Assembly: GCA_913009575.1 (NCBI GenBank)
Contig: CAJVWH010000001.1
Coordinates: forward strand, 1-57,091
Direction of reading: 5' to 3'
Length of the DNA stretch: 57,091 nucleotides
Source of the DNA: an uncultured bacterium
Lineage (GTDB): Bacteria; Patescibacteriota; Minisyncoccia; UBA9983
The translations under genes were made by a program, and so were the position numbers. Below are positions 44,456-52,739 of this stretch, one piece after another (position 1 is the first letter of the stretch; every line of letters starts with the position of its first letter). The notes under the pieces were generated by a model, which was not told where the DNA came from, did no database searches, and saw only the letters and a program-made list of their open reading frames with translations.

Positions 44456-45667
44456 TTATTTATTTAACAACTCAATTGCTTTTTTCATCTGCGGGTCGTT
44501 CCCTTTTTCAATATCTTCTTTTGTAAATTCCACTTTAACATCCGGTTCAAGCCCGTTTTCCGAAATTGATTTTCCTTTAGGCGTAAGCCACTTGGCAATG
44601 GTAACTTTCAAAGAAGTATCGGGAGTAATCTGCACCAGCTCCTGTACCGAACCCTTACCGAATGATTTTTCCCCCACGAGTTTGGCGACACCTTGCTCAC
44701 TTAAAGCACCGGCCAAAATTTCAGAGGCCGAGGCACTCCCCTCGTTTATAAGCACCACCATTGACAGTTTTTTGAAAATGTTATACCCCTTGCTCCTGTA
44801 AATATTTTCTTTTCCGTTTCCGAATTTCTCCCGCACGACCACTTTTCCGGCAGGCAGGAACCAACTGGCGATATCAATCGCCGATTCCATATATCCGCCC
44901 GGATTTCCTCTTAAGTCTAATATTAACTTATTGTCGCCTGAAAGCACAAACTTACGCAGTCCCTTTCTGAATTCATTCGCGGAATTGGCGGAAAAGCTGT
45001 ATATTTTGATGACGAAAATTCCACCCGGTTTTGTTTGAGTCTTCAGTACGGGAACTTGTATTACATCCCTTATAATTTTTATCTCTATCGGTTTATCAAC
45101 GTTTTTTCTTAAAATGGTGAGTTTTACGGATGTACCTCTTTTACCCCGTATAAATTGGGCTGCCTCGCCGGCAGTCATATTCGCCGATATTTTGTCGTCT
45201 ATTTTTATAATTTTATCGCCTGCTTTTATGCCGGCGCGATACGCCGGAGTATCCTTAAGGGGAGCAATAACAATTAACACATCTTTTCTCACGCCGATTT
45301 CCATCCCCACTCCACCAAACTGTCCGCTTATGTCCTCCTTGAACATTTTGGATTGTTTGGGAGGAAAAAATACCGTGTATGGGTCACCAATTGACTTGAC
45401 CATTCCCTCTATCGCTCCCCACACCCTCTTTTGATTGTCCAGTTTGTCTTTTGAAACAAACTTTGAATTAATGACATTCCACGCGGTCCAAAAGGGAGAA
45501 AAATCAACTTTGGCGTCCATATTCAATCCTTTATTAAAAAGACCGGCTGTTTTCTCAACTTCAGGCCTCTGAGAATAACCGAAAAAAGCACCTCCGATAA
45601 AAATTCCACCAAGAAGCGCCACGACTACGGAAAAATAAATAATTTTCTTAAACTTATTCACAACCAT
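44456..45667 (-). CDS. S41-family carboxy-terminal processing protease with PDZ domain
   Basis: 403 aa. TM anchor, PDZ (GIKAGDKIIKID), and the catalytic region LDLRGNPGG...LINEGSASASEILAG...K. Confidence 0.9.
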   Translation of the reverse strand: MVVNKFKKIIYFSVVVALLGGIFIGGAFFGYSQRPEVEKTAGLFNKGLNMDAKVDFSPFWTAWNVINSKFVSKDKLDNQKRVWGAIEGMVKSIGDPYTVFFPPKQSKMFKEDISGQFGGVGMEIGVRKDVLIVIAPLKDTPAYRAGIKAGDKIIKIDDKISANMTAGEAAQFIRGKRGTSVKLTILRKNVDKPIEIKIIRDVIQVPVLKTQTKPGGIFVIKIYSFSANSANEFRKGLRKFVLSGDNKLILDLRGNPGGYMESAIDIASWFLPAGKVVVREKFGNGKENIYRSKGYNIFKKLSMVVLINEGSASASEILAGALSEQGVAKLVGEKSFGKGSVQELVQITPDTSLKVTIAKWLTPKGKSISENGLEPDVKVEFTKEDIEKGNDPQMKKAIELLNK

Positions 45668-45703
45668 TTCATTATATACTTAAAAGCGCTATAATACAAA
45701 TAT

Positions 45704-46624
45704 ATGATTTCCACATACAAACGCAAAAAAACAACTTGGATTGATTTGGAATCACCGACGACGGATGAGGTTAAGTTTTTGATGGAAAAATATGATGTTC
45801 ATCCATTGGTGGCGGAGGAGCTTTTGAGGCCGACTCTTCGGCCAAAAGTTGATAATTATCAAAACAGCGCTTATCTTATTCTTCATTTTCCCACCTTGGG
45901 CAGTGATTTCAAGAAGTGTGATAGCTGTGAAGTTGATTTTATAATAGGCAAAAATTTTCTCATTACCGTGCATTATCAGGCAATAAACTCCTTAATTGAA
46001 TTGGGAAAAATTTTTGAAGCGGATGCTCTTCTCGGCGAAAACAATCTCTCAAAAAATGCCGGCATACTTTTTTTTCATATCGTGCGAAATCTTTATGAAC
46101 TTTCAATGAAACAAATTGATAATCTTCAAATGCAGATAGAAGAAATTGAGCAGAAAATGTTTGAGAAAAAAGGCAGCCAATATAACTTGGTCAGGAAGAT
46201 TTCCCATGTGAGGCGGGATATTTTGGATTTTGCCAGAACCATGCAGCCGCACAAGGAAGTGTTTTCCTCTTTTGAATTTATGGCGGCAAAATTCTTTGGT
46301 CCTGAATTTTTGCATTATGTCAGCAATCTTACGGGTGAATATTACAAGGTTTGGAATGCCATGGAGAGCAATAAAAGTACTATTGCCTCTTTGCAGGCCA
46401 CTAATGATTCTTTGCTTTCAAATCGCACCAACGACATTATGACAGTACTCACCATTATGGCATTTGTCACTTTTCCTCTTATGCTTATCACGAGTATATT
46501 TGGAATGAACACCATTTATCTTCCGATTGTGGGCTCAAAGTACGATTTTTGGATTATTATAGGAATAATGGCTATGTCAACAATAATAATGTTTACCTTC
46601 TTCAAGCGCAAAAAATGGCTGTAA
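45704..46624 (+). CDS. corA: CorA-family magnesium/cobalt transporter
   Basis: 306 aa. Two C-terminal TM helices with the FGMN signature (IFGMNTIYLP). Confidence 0.88.
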   Translation: MISTYKRKKTTWIDLESPTTDEVKFLMEKYDVHPLVAEELLRPTLRPKVDNYQNSAYLILHFPTLGSDFKKCDSCEVDFIIGKNFLITVHYQAINSLIELGKIFEADALLGENNLSKNAGILFFHIVRNLYELSMKQIDNLQMQIEEIEQKMFEKKGSQYNLVRKISHVRRDILDFARTMQPHKEVFSSFEFMAAKFFGPEFLHYVSNLTGEYYKVWNAMESNKSTIASLQATNDSLLSNRTNDIMTVLTIMAFVTFPLMLITSIFGMNTIYLPIVGSKYDFWIIIGIMAMSTIIMFTFFKRKKWL

Positions 46625-46629
46625 AATAA

Positions 46630-48105
46630 ATGACTAAATTGCAATTCTACAATTCCCTCTCACAAAAGAAAGAAGAGTTTAAAAACATTAAAGAAGATAA
46701 TGTGGAAATTTACACTTGCGGTCCCACGGTTTATGATTTCGCCCATATCGGGAATTTGCGTGCTTATATTTTTGCCGACACTTTGACGCGCATCCTTCAA
46801 TATAACGGTTACAAAACGAACTGGACGATGAATGTTACCGACGTGGACGACAAGACCATTGCCGCTTCAAAGGAAAAATTTCCCGAACTTGAGCCAAAAG
46901 AAGCCCTCAAGCGATTCACTCAAGAATATGAAAACTATTTCTTGAATGATTTGAAGAAACTTAACATTCGGCGTCCCGACCATATTCCAAAAGCAACCGA
47001 GACGATTGCTGAAATGCAAGAATTGATTAAATCCCTTTCAAAAAGCGGGTATGCTTACGAGAAAGAGGGTTCAATTTATTTCAATATCAAAAAATACGCG
47101 GAAAAATATTCTTATGGACAACTAGTGGATTTGGATTTGTCGCAAATTAAGCCGGGTGTCAGAGTGAGCACGGATGAATATGAAAAGGAGAATGTGAATG
47201 ATTTTGTTTTGTGGAAAGCGCAAAAGGCCGGCGAGCCGTCATGGAGCTTTGAAATTGGCGGTAAAAGCTTTCCCGGCAGGCCCGGTTGGCACATTGAATG
47301 TTCGGCAATGTCAAAAAAACACCTTGGCGTTCCTTTTGATATCCACACCGGAGGGATTGATCTGAAATTTCCGCATCACGAAGACGAACTGGCGCAAACC
47401 TCCGCCGGTTGCGGTTGCGCGAAACCGGTCAACTACTGGATTCATAATGAGCATCTTTTGGTTGATAATAAAAAGATGTCAAAGAGTTTGGGTAATTTTT
47501 ACACTTTGTTTGATATTGAGAAAAAAAAATACAGCCCTCTAGATTTTCGCTTTTTATGTTTGGGAGCGCACTACCGCTCAAAGATGAATTTCACATGGGA
47601 AAGTTTGGAAGCGGCGCGACACGGTCTGGAACACTTAAGGAATCAAATTCGCGCTCTTGACTCCCGTTTGGATACCCGCTTGGACACCGAGTGTTCAAGC
47701 GCATTTGAACACCGAGTGTCCAAGTGCGGCGAGAAATTTATATCCGCGATAAACGATGACCTGAACACTCCGCGGGCTTTGGCGGTTGCGCAGGAGTTAC
47801 TGAAATCAGATTTGCCGGAAGAAGAAAAGATGGCGACTATTTTGGATTTTGATAAAATTTTTGGCTTGGGTTTGTCGCGGCACATGGAAATAACGGTGAG
47901 CGAAAAGATAAGTTTAAAAGATGAAATATTTCTCGTGCAAATGCCCAAAGATACCCCTGAAGAAGTTAAAGAGCTGTCTGAAAGGCGCGCGAAGGCGCGG
48001 CAAGAGAAAAACTGGAGCGAGTCCGACGTGCTTCGCGAACAAGTCCGCTCTTTGGGCTATGAAATAGAAGATTTTGAAAAAGGATACACCTTAAAGAAAA
48101 GGTAG
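46630..48105 (+). CDS. cysS: Cysteinyl-tRNA synthetase
   Basis: 491 aa. CGPTVYDFAHIGN (HIGH), KMSKSLGN, DDLNTPRAL. Confidence 0.95.
   Translation: MTKLQFYNSLSQKKEEFKNIKEDNVEIYTCGPTVYDFAHIGNLRAYIFADTLTRILQYNGYKTNWTMNVTDVDDKTIAASKEKFPELEPKEALKRFTQEYENYFLNDLKKLNIRRPDHIPKATETIAEMQELIKSLSKSGYAYEKEGSIYFNIKKYAEKYSYGQLVDLDLSQIKPGVRVSTDEYEKENVNDFVLWKAQKAGEPSWSFEIGGKSFPGRPGWHIECSAMSKKHLGVPFDIHTGGIDLKFPHHEDELAQTSAGCGCAKPVNYWIHNEHLLVDNKKMSKSLGNFYTLFDIEKKKYSPLDFRFLCLGAHYRSKMNFTWESLEAARHGLEHLRNQIRALDSRLDTRLDTECSSAFEHRVSKCGEKFISAINDDLNTPRALAVAQELLKSDLPEEEKMATILDFDKIFGLGLSRHMEITVSEKISLKDEIFLVQMPKDTPEEVKELSERRAKARQEKNWSESDVLREQVRSLGYEIEDFEKGYTLKKR
47656..47724. repeat. Complex repeat inside cysS: 3 x 12-nt tandem units followed by a 46-nt interrupted hairpin
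   Basis: The tandem units are cttgactcccgt/ttggatacccgc/ttggacaccgag (LDSR/LDTR/LDTE). The hairpin at 47679-47724 is cttggacac-cga-gtgttcaa-gcgcat-ttgaacac-cga-gtgtccaag (9 bp + 8 bp). Confidence 0.9.
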
Positions 48106-48116
48106 GATTTGGTGTT

Positions 48117-48146
48117 TTGACGGATTCACTTTGAATATGGTAAGAT
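48117..48146 (+). promoter_or_regulatory. Promoter of dnaB (TTGACG-N18-TGgTAAGAT)
   Basis: -35 at 48117-48122, extended -10 at 48141-48146, ATG at 48156. Confidence 0.4.
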
Positions 48147-48155
48147 GAATGCATT

Positions 48156-49520
48156 ATGGCACTGAAACAAATATCTCAAAACGGCTCCGTGAGAATGCCT
48201 CCACAAAACCTTGATGCTGAAAAATCAGTGCTGGGCTCCTTAATGCTTGACGTAAATGCCATAAATGTGGTTATTGACATCTTGACACCGGATGATTTTT
48301 ACAGTCAAAAACATTCCATTATTTACGATGTAATGATTGAACTGTACGGGAAAAAGGACCCCATTGATGTTTTGTCAGTTTCTTCGCGTCTCAAAGAAAA
48401 GAAAAAATTGAAGCAGGCCGGAGATAATTCTTATGTTACTGAATTGGTTAATAGTGTTCCAACTGCGTCTAATGTGAAGCATTATGCGGAAATCGTCCAC
48501 AAAAAAAGAATACTTAGGGACCTGATTGAATCTTCGGGACACATCTCACAACTTGGTTATGACGAAGAAAACGATGTTGATGAACTTCTTGATGAAGCGG
48601 AAAAGAAAATTTTCGCGATAGCCCGCAATTCTCTAAAACAAAAATTCCAAAGCGTCAAAAGCGCTCTTGAGGAAGCATGGGAAAGAATTGAACGTCTCCA
48701 CAAATCAAAGGGTGAATTAAGAGGTGTGTCGACTGGCTTTAAGGATTTAGATGATATGCTCGCGGGATTTCAAAAATCAGATTTGATAATTTTAGCCGCC
48801 AGACCTTCTATGGGAAAAACCGCCCTCGCTCTTGATATAGCGCGCAATGTGGCTTTTAAACAAAATATTCCCGTTGGAATTTTCAGCTTGGAAATGTCCG
48901 CCCAACAGCTGGTTGACCGTTTGCTGGCGGCGGAAGCGCATGTTGATTCATGGAAGTTGCGTACAGGGAGACTTTCAAGCGATGATGAATTTAAGCGCAT
49001 CAGTGACGCAATGGGAAAAATTTCACAATCCCCTCTTTTTATTGACGATGAATCCTCAAACAACATTATGCAAATGAGAGCAATGGCAAGACGCCTGCAG
49101 GCGGAACACGGCTTGGGACTTTTGATAGTTGATTATCTTCAATTGATGGTTCCGAGACAAAAAACGGATAACCTTGTCCAGCAAATGACGGAAATATCAA
49201 GGTCTCTCAAGGGACTCGCGCGCGAACTTGATGTGCCTGTTTTGGCGCTTTCGCAGTTAAATAGATCAGTAGAATCTAGACATCCACCAATCCCAAAACT
49301 GCACGACCTGCGAGATTCCGGCTCAATTGAACAAGACGCCGACGTGGTGGCGTTTATTTATCGCGAAGGGCGATACAATGAAGAAACTAATAAGGGTAAT
49401 ATCGCAGAAATTTTGATAGAAAAACACAGAAACGGTCCAACCGGCAAAATTGAACTTTTTTTCAATCCGCAAAAAATCAGTTTTTCCAGTATTGAAAAAG
49501 GAGATTTTGGAGAAATTTAA
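48156..49520 (+). CDS. dnaB: Replicative DNA helicase DnaB
   Basis: 454 aa. PQNLDAEKSVLGS, Walker A ARPSMGKT, Walker B LLIVDYLQLM, SQLNR, RDSGSIEQDAD. Confidence 0.95.
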   Translation: MALKQISQNGSVRMPPQNLDAEKSVLGSLMLDVNAINVVIDILTPDDFYSQKHSIIYDVMIELYGKKDPIDVLSVSSRLKEKKKLKQAGDNSYVTELVNSVPTASNVKHYAEIVHKKRILRDLIESSGHISQLGYDEENDVDELLDEAEKKIFAIARNSLKQKFQSVKSALEEAWERIERLHKSKGELRGVSTGFKDLDDMLAGFQKSDLIILAARPSMGKTALALDIARNVAFKQNIPVGIFSLEMSAQQLVDRLLAAEAHVDSWKLRTGRLSSDDEFKRISDAMGKISQSPLFIDDESSNNIMQMRAMARRLQAEHGLGLLIVDYLQLMVPRQKTDNLVQQMTEISRSLKGLARELDVPVLALSQLNRSVESRHPPIPKLHDLRDSGSIEQDADVVAFIYREGRYNEETNKGNIAEILIEKHRNGPTGKIELFFNPQKISFSSIEKGDFGEI

Positions 49521-49531
49521 TTACCGATGCA

Positions 49532-50143
49532 ATGGCTTTTGAAAAACTTATTGAATATTTTTTAAAATTCCCCGGCATAGGCCCGAGACAAGCAAAAAGA
49601 TTTGGGTATTTTTTGGCCGGCACGGACAAAAAATTTGCTGAAGAATTGGCGAAGTTGATTTTGGAAATCAAAAAAAATGTAATTCAATGCCAATCTTGCT
49701 GGAGTTTCTTTGAATCTGCCGCGGAAAGAACTTCCAATAATTGCTCAATTTGCGCCAATCTTAACCGTGATACCCTGTTATTAATGGTTATTGAAAAAGA
49801 TGTTGACTTGGAAAATATTGAAAAAAGCGGAGTTTATAACGGTAAATATTTTGTTTTAGGAGGAGCTATTTCGCTGGCGGACGGAGCCAAAAAACAAAAT
49901 CACTTAAGATTTAAAGAATTGTTTGATAAAGTTCAAAAAGAAATGCCTAAAGAAATCATTTTGGCGACAAGCGCCACGATTGAGGGAGAAAACACGGCGC
50001 GTTATATAGAAAAAATTTTGGAGCCGGTAAACAAAAAATTCCACTTAAAAATAACCCGTCTCGGCCGTGGACTTTCCACTGGCACAGAATTGGAATACAT
50101 AGACAGCGAAACGATGTCCAATGCCCTAAAGAGCAGAAAATAA
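49532..50143 (+). CDS. recR: Recombination protein RecR
   Basis: 203 aa. HhH (FPGIGPRQAKRF), C4 zinc finger (CQSC...CSIC) and a Toprim domain. Confidence 0.93.
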   Translation: MAFEKLIEYFLKFPGIGPRQAKRFGYFLAGTDKKFAEELAKLILEIKKNVIQCQSCWSFFESAAERTSNNCSICANLNRDTLLLMVIEKDVDLENIEKSGVYNGKYFVLGGAISLADGAKKQNHLRFKELFDKVQKEMPKEIILATSATIEGENTARYIEKILEPVNKKFHLKITRLGRGLSTGTELEYIDSETMSNALKSRK

Positions 50144-50157
50144 ATATACTGCTCCTT

Positions 50158-50205
50158 TAAAAATGATACCATTTTTCTGCTATCGCTTAAAAACGGTATC
50201 ATTTT
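50158..50205 (+). repeat. Hairpin repeat R4
   Basis: aaaaatgataccatttttctGCTATCGCttaaaaacggtatcatttt, between recR and rplU (convergent). Confidence 0.9.
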
Positions 50206-50220
50206 AGTTTGACGAAAAAT

Positions 50221-50246
50221 AAAAAACCGCGAGATGCGGTTTTTTA
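50221..50246. terminator. Bidirectional intrinsic terminator (aaaaaACCGC-gagat-GCGGTttttt)
   Basis: GC stem flanked by A- and T-tracts, directly downstream of the rplU stop on the minus strand. Confidence 0.75.
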
Positions 50247-50711
50247 TTTAATCTCCAAAATAGTGATTTTCGTGTGAATTTGACGATGGCCTCTTTTCTT
50301 GAATTGTCTGGTTTTTGATTTATAGCGGATAACTGTTATTTTTTTTGCCCTTACATCGCCTTCAATTTTCGCGACAACTTTCGCGCCCTTAACGTAAGGT
50401 GTTCCGATTTTCGCTTCCTTTCCATCAAACACCAAAAGCACTTCTTCAAAACTGATTGTGTCGGTTTTTTTTACACCACTCGGCGGTGTGATTTTTTCTA
50501 TTTTCAGCGTCTCACCCGGTCTCACTATGTATTGTTTGCCACCGGTTTGAATAACGGCAAACTCTTCCACTGAATCAGATTTCTTTACCGTTGTTTTTTT
50601 GACTGAAGTTTTTTTAATCGCGGGCTTTTTATCAGTTTCGGTTTTTTTTGTGTTTTTCTTGCTTATCGTCTTCTTCTCGTCTTTTTTAATTGTCTTTTTA
50701 GCAACTGTCAT
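50244..50711 (-). CDS. rplU: 50S ribosomal protein L21 with a ~50-aa lysine-rich N-terminal extension
   Basis: The core FAVIQTGGKQYIVRPGETLKIEKI...HRQIHTKITI is canonical L21. It is preceded by KKT/KKS-rich low-complexity sequence. Confidence 0.9.
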   Translation of the reverse strand: MTVAKKTIKKDEKKTISKKNTKKTETDKKPAIKKTSVKKTTVKKSDSVEEFAVIQTGGKQYIVRPGETLKIEKITPPSGVKKTDTISFEEVLLVFDGKEAKIGTPYVKGAKVVAKIEGDVRAKKITVIRYKSKTRQFKKRGHRQIHTKITILEIK

Positions 50712-50720
50712 ATTTGTATT

Positions 50721-51767
50721 TTATTCTATTTCCTCCGATTTGTCCAGTGTTTGCGGTTCAATGCCGATTGCTTCGCCGGTGATTCGCAGGACATCCTTGT
50801 CTATCTTTTTAAGCTCTTTGTAAGAAGTGTTGTAAGTGTTCACCGTTGTATTAAGGTTAATTCCCAATTTTTTTATAAATTGGTCGTAGTTTCCGAGATG
50901 CCGACCGAGTTCTTCCACCCTCTTGCGAATTTCTTTCGCCGATTCCTCAATCTGCAAAGCGCGCAATCCCTGTAAAACGGTTTGCAGATAAGCCATAAAA
51001 GAGGTCGGGGACACAATAATGACATGCTTTTGCTGGAAGGCGTACTCAATCAAGTCACGAGTATTGGTTTTCACCGCCCCGACTTGATTTATGAGCAAAT
51101 CATAGTAAATGGCTTCCGCCGGAATAAACATAAAAGCGAAATCCATCGTCCCCTCTTTGGGCCTTATGTATTTTGAAGTTTCGTCAATACGGTTTTTTAA
51201 GTCTTGCTTGAATAATTTTTCCAGCCGTTCGCGCTCAATGGGTTTTTTTTCTTCAAGAATGCGATTGTAATTTTCCAAAGAAAACTTTGAGTCAATCGGA
51301 AGAATTTTACCTTTATCCAAAAAAATCACGGCATCCACTATTTCACCATCTTCAAATTTATATTGCATCTTGAATCCTCCGGGAGGAAAAACATTTTTCA
51401 GCACTGTTTCCAAATAATATTCTCCCAGCACACCCCGCTGTTTCGGATTTTGAAGCACATCTTGCAAAGATTGCAGTTGGTCGGCAAAATTTACCACTTG
51501 CTTGTTTGTTTCATCCAGTTTAACCAATTTTTCCGTAACATCGCGGATAATTTTTGCCGACTGCCCGAACTGTTCTTGCATTGCCTTTGTTGATTGTCCG
51601 AGTTTGCTGTCCAGTGTGCTTCTTATTTCTTTCAATTGCTCCTGCATCATCATAACCGCTCTGTTGTTTCCTTCTTCTCTCTTTCTCCCCCGCGCCAAAA
51701 ACCAAAAAACAAAACCGCCGATAACGGCTCCCGCGAATAAAATCAGTATTTGTAAAAATATAGGCAT
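50721..51767 (-). CDS. rmuC: DNA recombination protein RmuC
   Basis: 348 aa. N-terminal TM, coiled coil, and a RmuC nuclease-like core (RGVLGEYYLE..., DAVIFL...LPIDSKF, FMFIPAEA). Confidence 0.88.
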   Translation of the reverse strand: MPIFLQILILFAGAVIGGFVFWFLARGRKREEGNNRAVMMMQEQLKEIRSTLDSKLGQSTKAMQEQFGQSAKIIRDVTEKLVKLDETNKQVVNFADQLQSLQDVLQNPKQRGVLGEYYLETVLKNVFPPGGFKMQYKFEDGEIVDAVIFLDKGKILPIDSKFSLENYNRILEEKKPIERERLEKLFKQDLKNRIDETSKYIRPKEGTMDFAFMFIPAEAIYYDLLINQVGAVKTNTRDLIEYAFQQKHVIIVSPTSFMAYLQTVLQGLRALQIEESAKEIRKRVEELGRHLGNYDQFIKKLGINLNTTVNTYNTSYKELKKIDKDVLRITGEAIGIEPQTLDKSEEIE

Positions 51768-51780
51768 TGTTGGCTTGATT

Positions 51781-52737
51781 TTACACTATTTGGAATAAGT
51801 ACGCAACCACGAGAAAAAAAGCGTAAAGAAACATAAGAATGATGCTTTCGCGACGGGAAATGCCGGAGCGCGTGTAAATAAAAATATTGAACAACAGAAG
51901 GGCGGCGAAAAGAAAGGCGGAGCCGACGAAAAAACCCTGCCAATTTTGAAGGCGGATGGGGCTTATCATACTTACTATGCCGATGATAAAAGCGGAATTA
52001 AAGGCGATACTGCCAAGCGAGTTCCCGATGCTCATTTTGGCGTGCTTTAACATTGACGCCCGCACTCCGAACGCTAGTTCCGGCAACGCCGTACCGAGCG
52101 CCACGAAAATAATCCCGAAAGAAAATATCCCCATATTCATGGCGGACGAAAGCCCTTTTCCGGCCCACACAAGAAGCGCGGAGCTGGCAAGGAGAATTAA
52201 AACTCCGGAGAAAAATCGCGCTATCATTCTGAAAACTTGTGATATTGTTTCGGAATTAAATTTAATTTCTTTAAAAATTTTCGTAAAATACTCCTTCTCC
52301 CCCGCCAGACGGATTATATAAACGGCAAAGGATATGACAAGAACCAACCCGTCCCATCTTGAAATTACGCCGTCCATCGCCAAAAGCACCGGCATAAAGG
52401 CAATGAAAAAAATGAGCCAAAAGTTTTGATGTCTTATCTTGCTTTCAATTCTGATCCCATTGCTGAAAAAAGCGACCAATCCGATAACTAAAGTAATGTT
52501 TATGAAGTTGGCGCCGATGATATTCCCCAGCGAGAGCCCCGACACTCCTTCAAATGCCGATGACAGCCCGACAAAAAGTTCCGGGATTGAAGTGGCAAAA
52601 CTCATTATGATAAAGGCCACAATGTATTCGGAAATTCGGAAAAACCGCGCCAAATGCGTAAGCGATTTCACAAGGGAAGTTCCCGCCCGGGCCATTAAAA
52701 TGAAAGCGAAAATAAAAGCGAATACGTATAAAAACAT
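51781..52737 (-). CDS. CaCA-family sodium/calcium exchanger (YrbG-like)
   Basis: 318 aa, ~10 TM. Two alpha-repeats (GNIIGANFINITLV; GNSLGSIAFNSAFI). Confidence 0.85.
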   Translation of the reverse strand: MFLYVFAFIFAFILMARAGTSLVKSLTHLARFFRISEYIVAFIIMSFATSIPELFVGLSSAFEGVSGLSLGNIIGANFINITLVIGLVAFFSNGIRIESKIRHQNFWLIFFIAFMPVLLAMDGVISRWDGLVLVISFAVYIIRLAGEKEYFTKIFKEIKFNSETISQVFRMIARFFSGVLILLASSALLVWAGKGLSSAMNMGIFSFGIIFVALGTALPELAFGVRASMLKHAKMSIGNSLGSIAFNSAFIIGIVSMISPIRLQNWQGFFVGSAFLFAALLLFNIFIYTRSGISRRESIILMFLYAFFLVVAYLFQIV

Positions 52738-52739
52738 AA

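Noticed and set aside
25078-50205. Whether the four GCTATCGC-loop repeats form a CRISPR array.
   Set aside because: The copies are single, dispersed (0.6 to 16 kb apart) and in mixed orientation, with genes between them. There is no regular repeat-spacer structure anywhere in the window.
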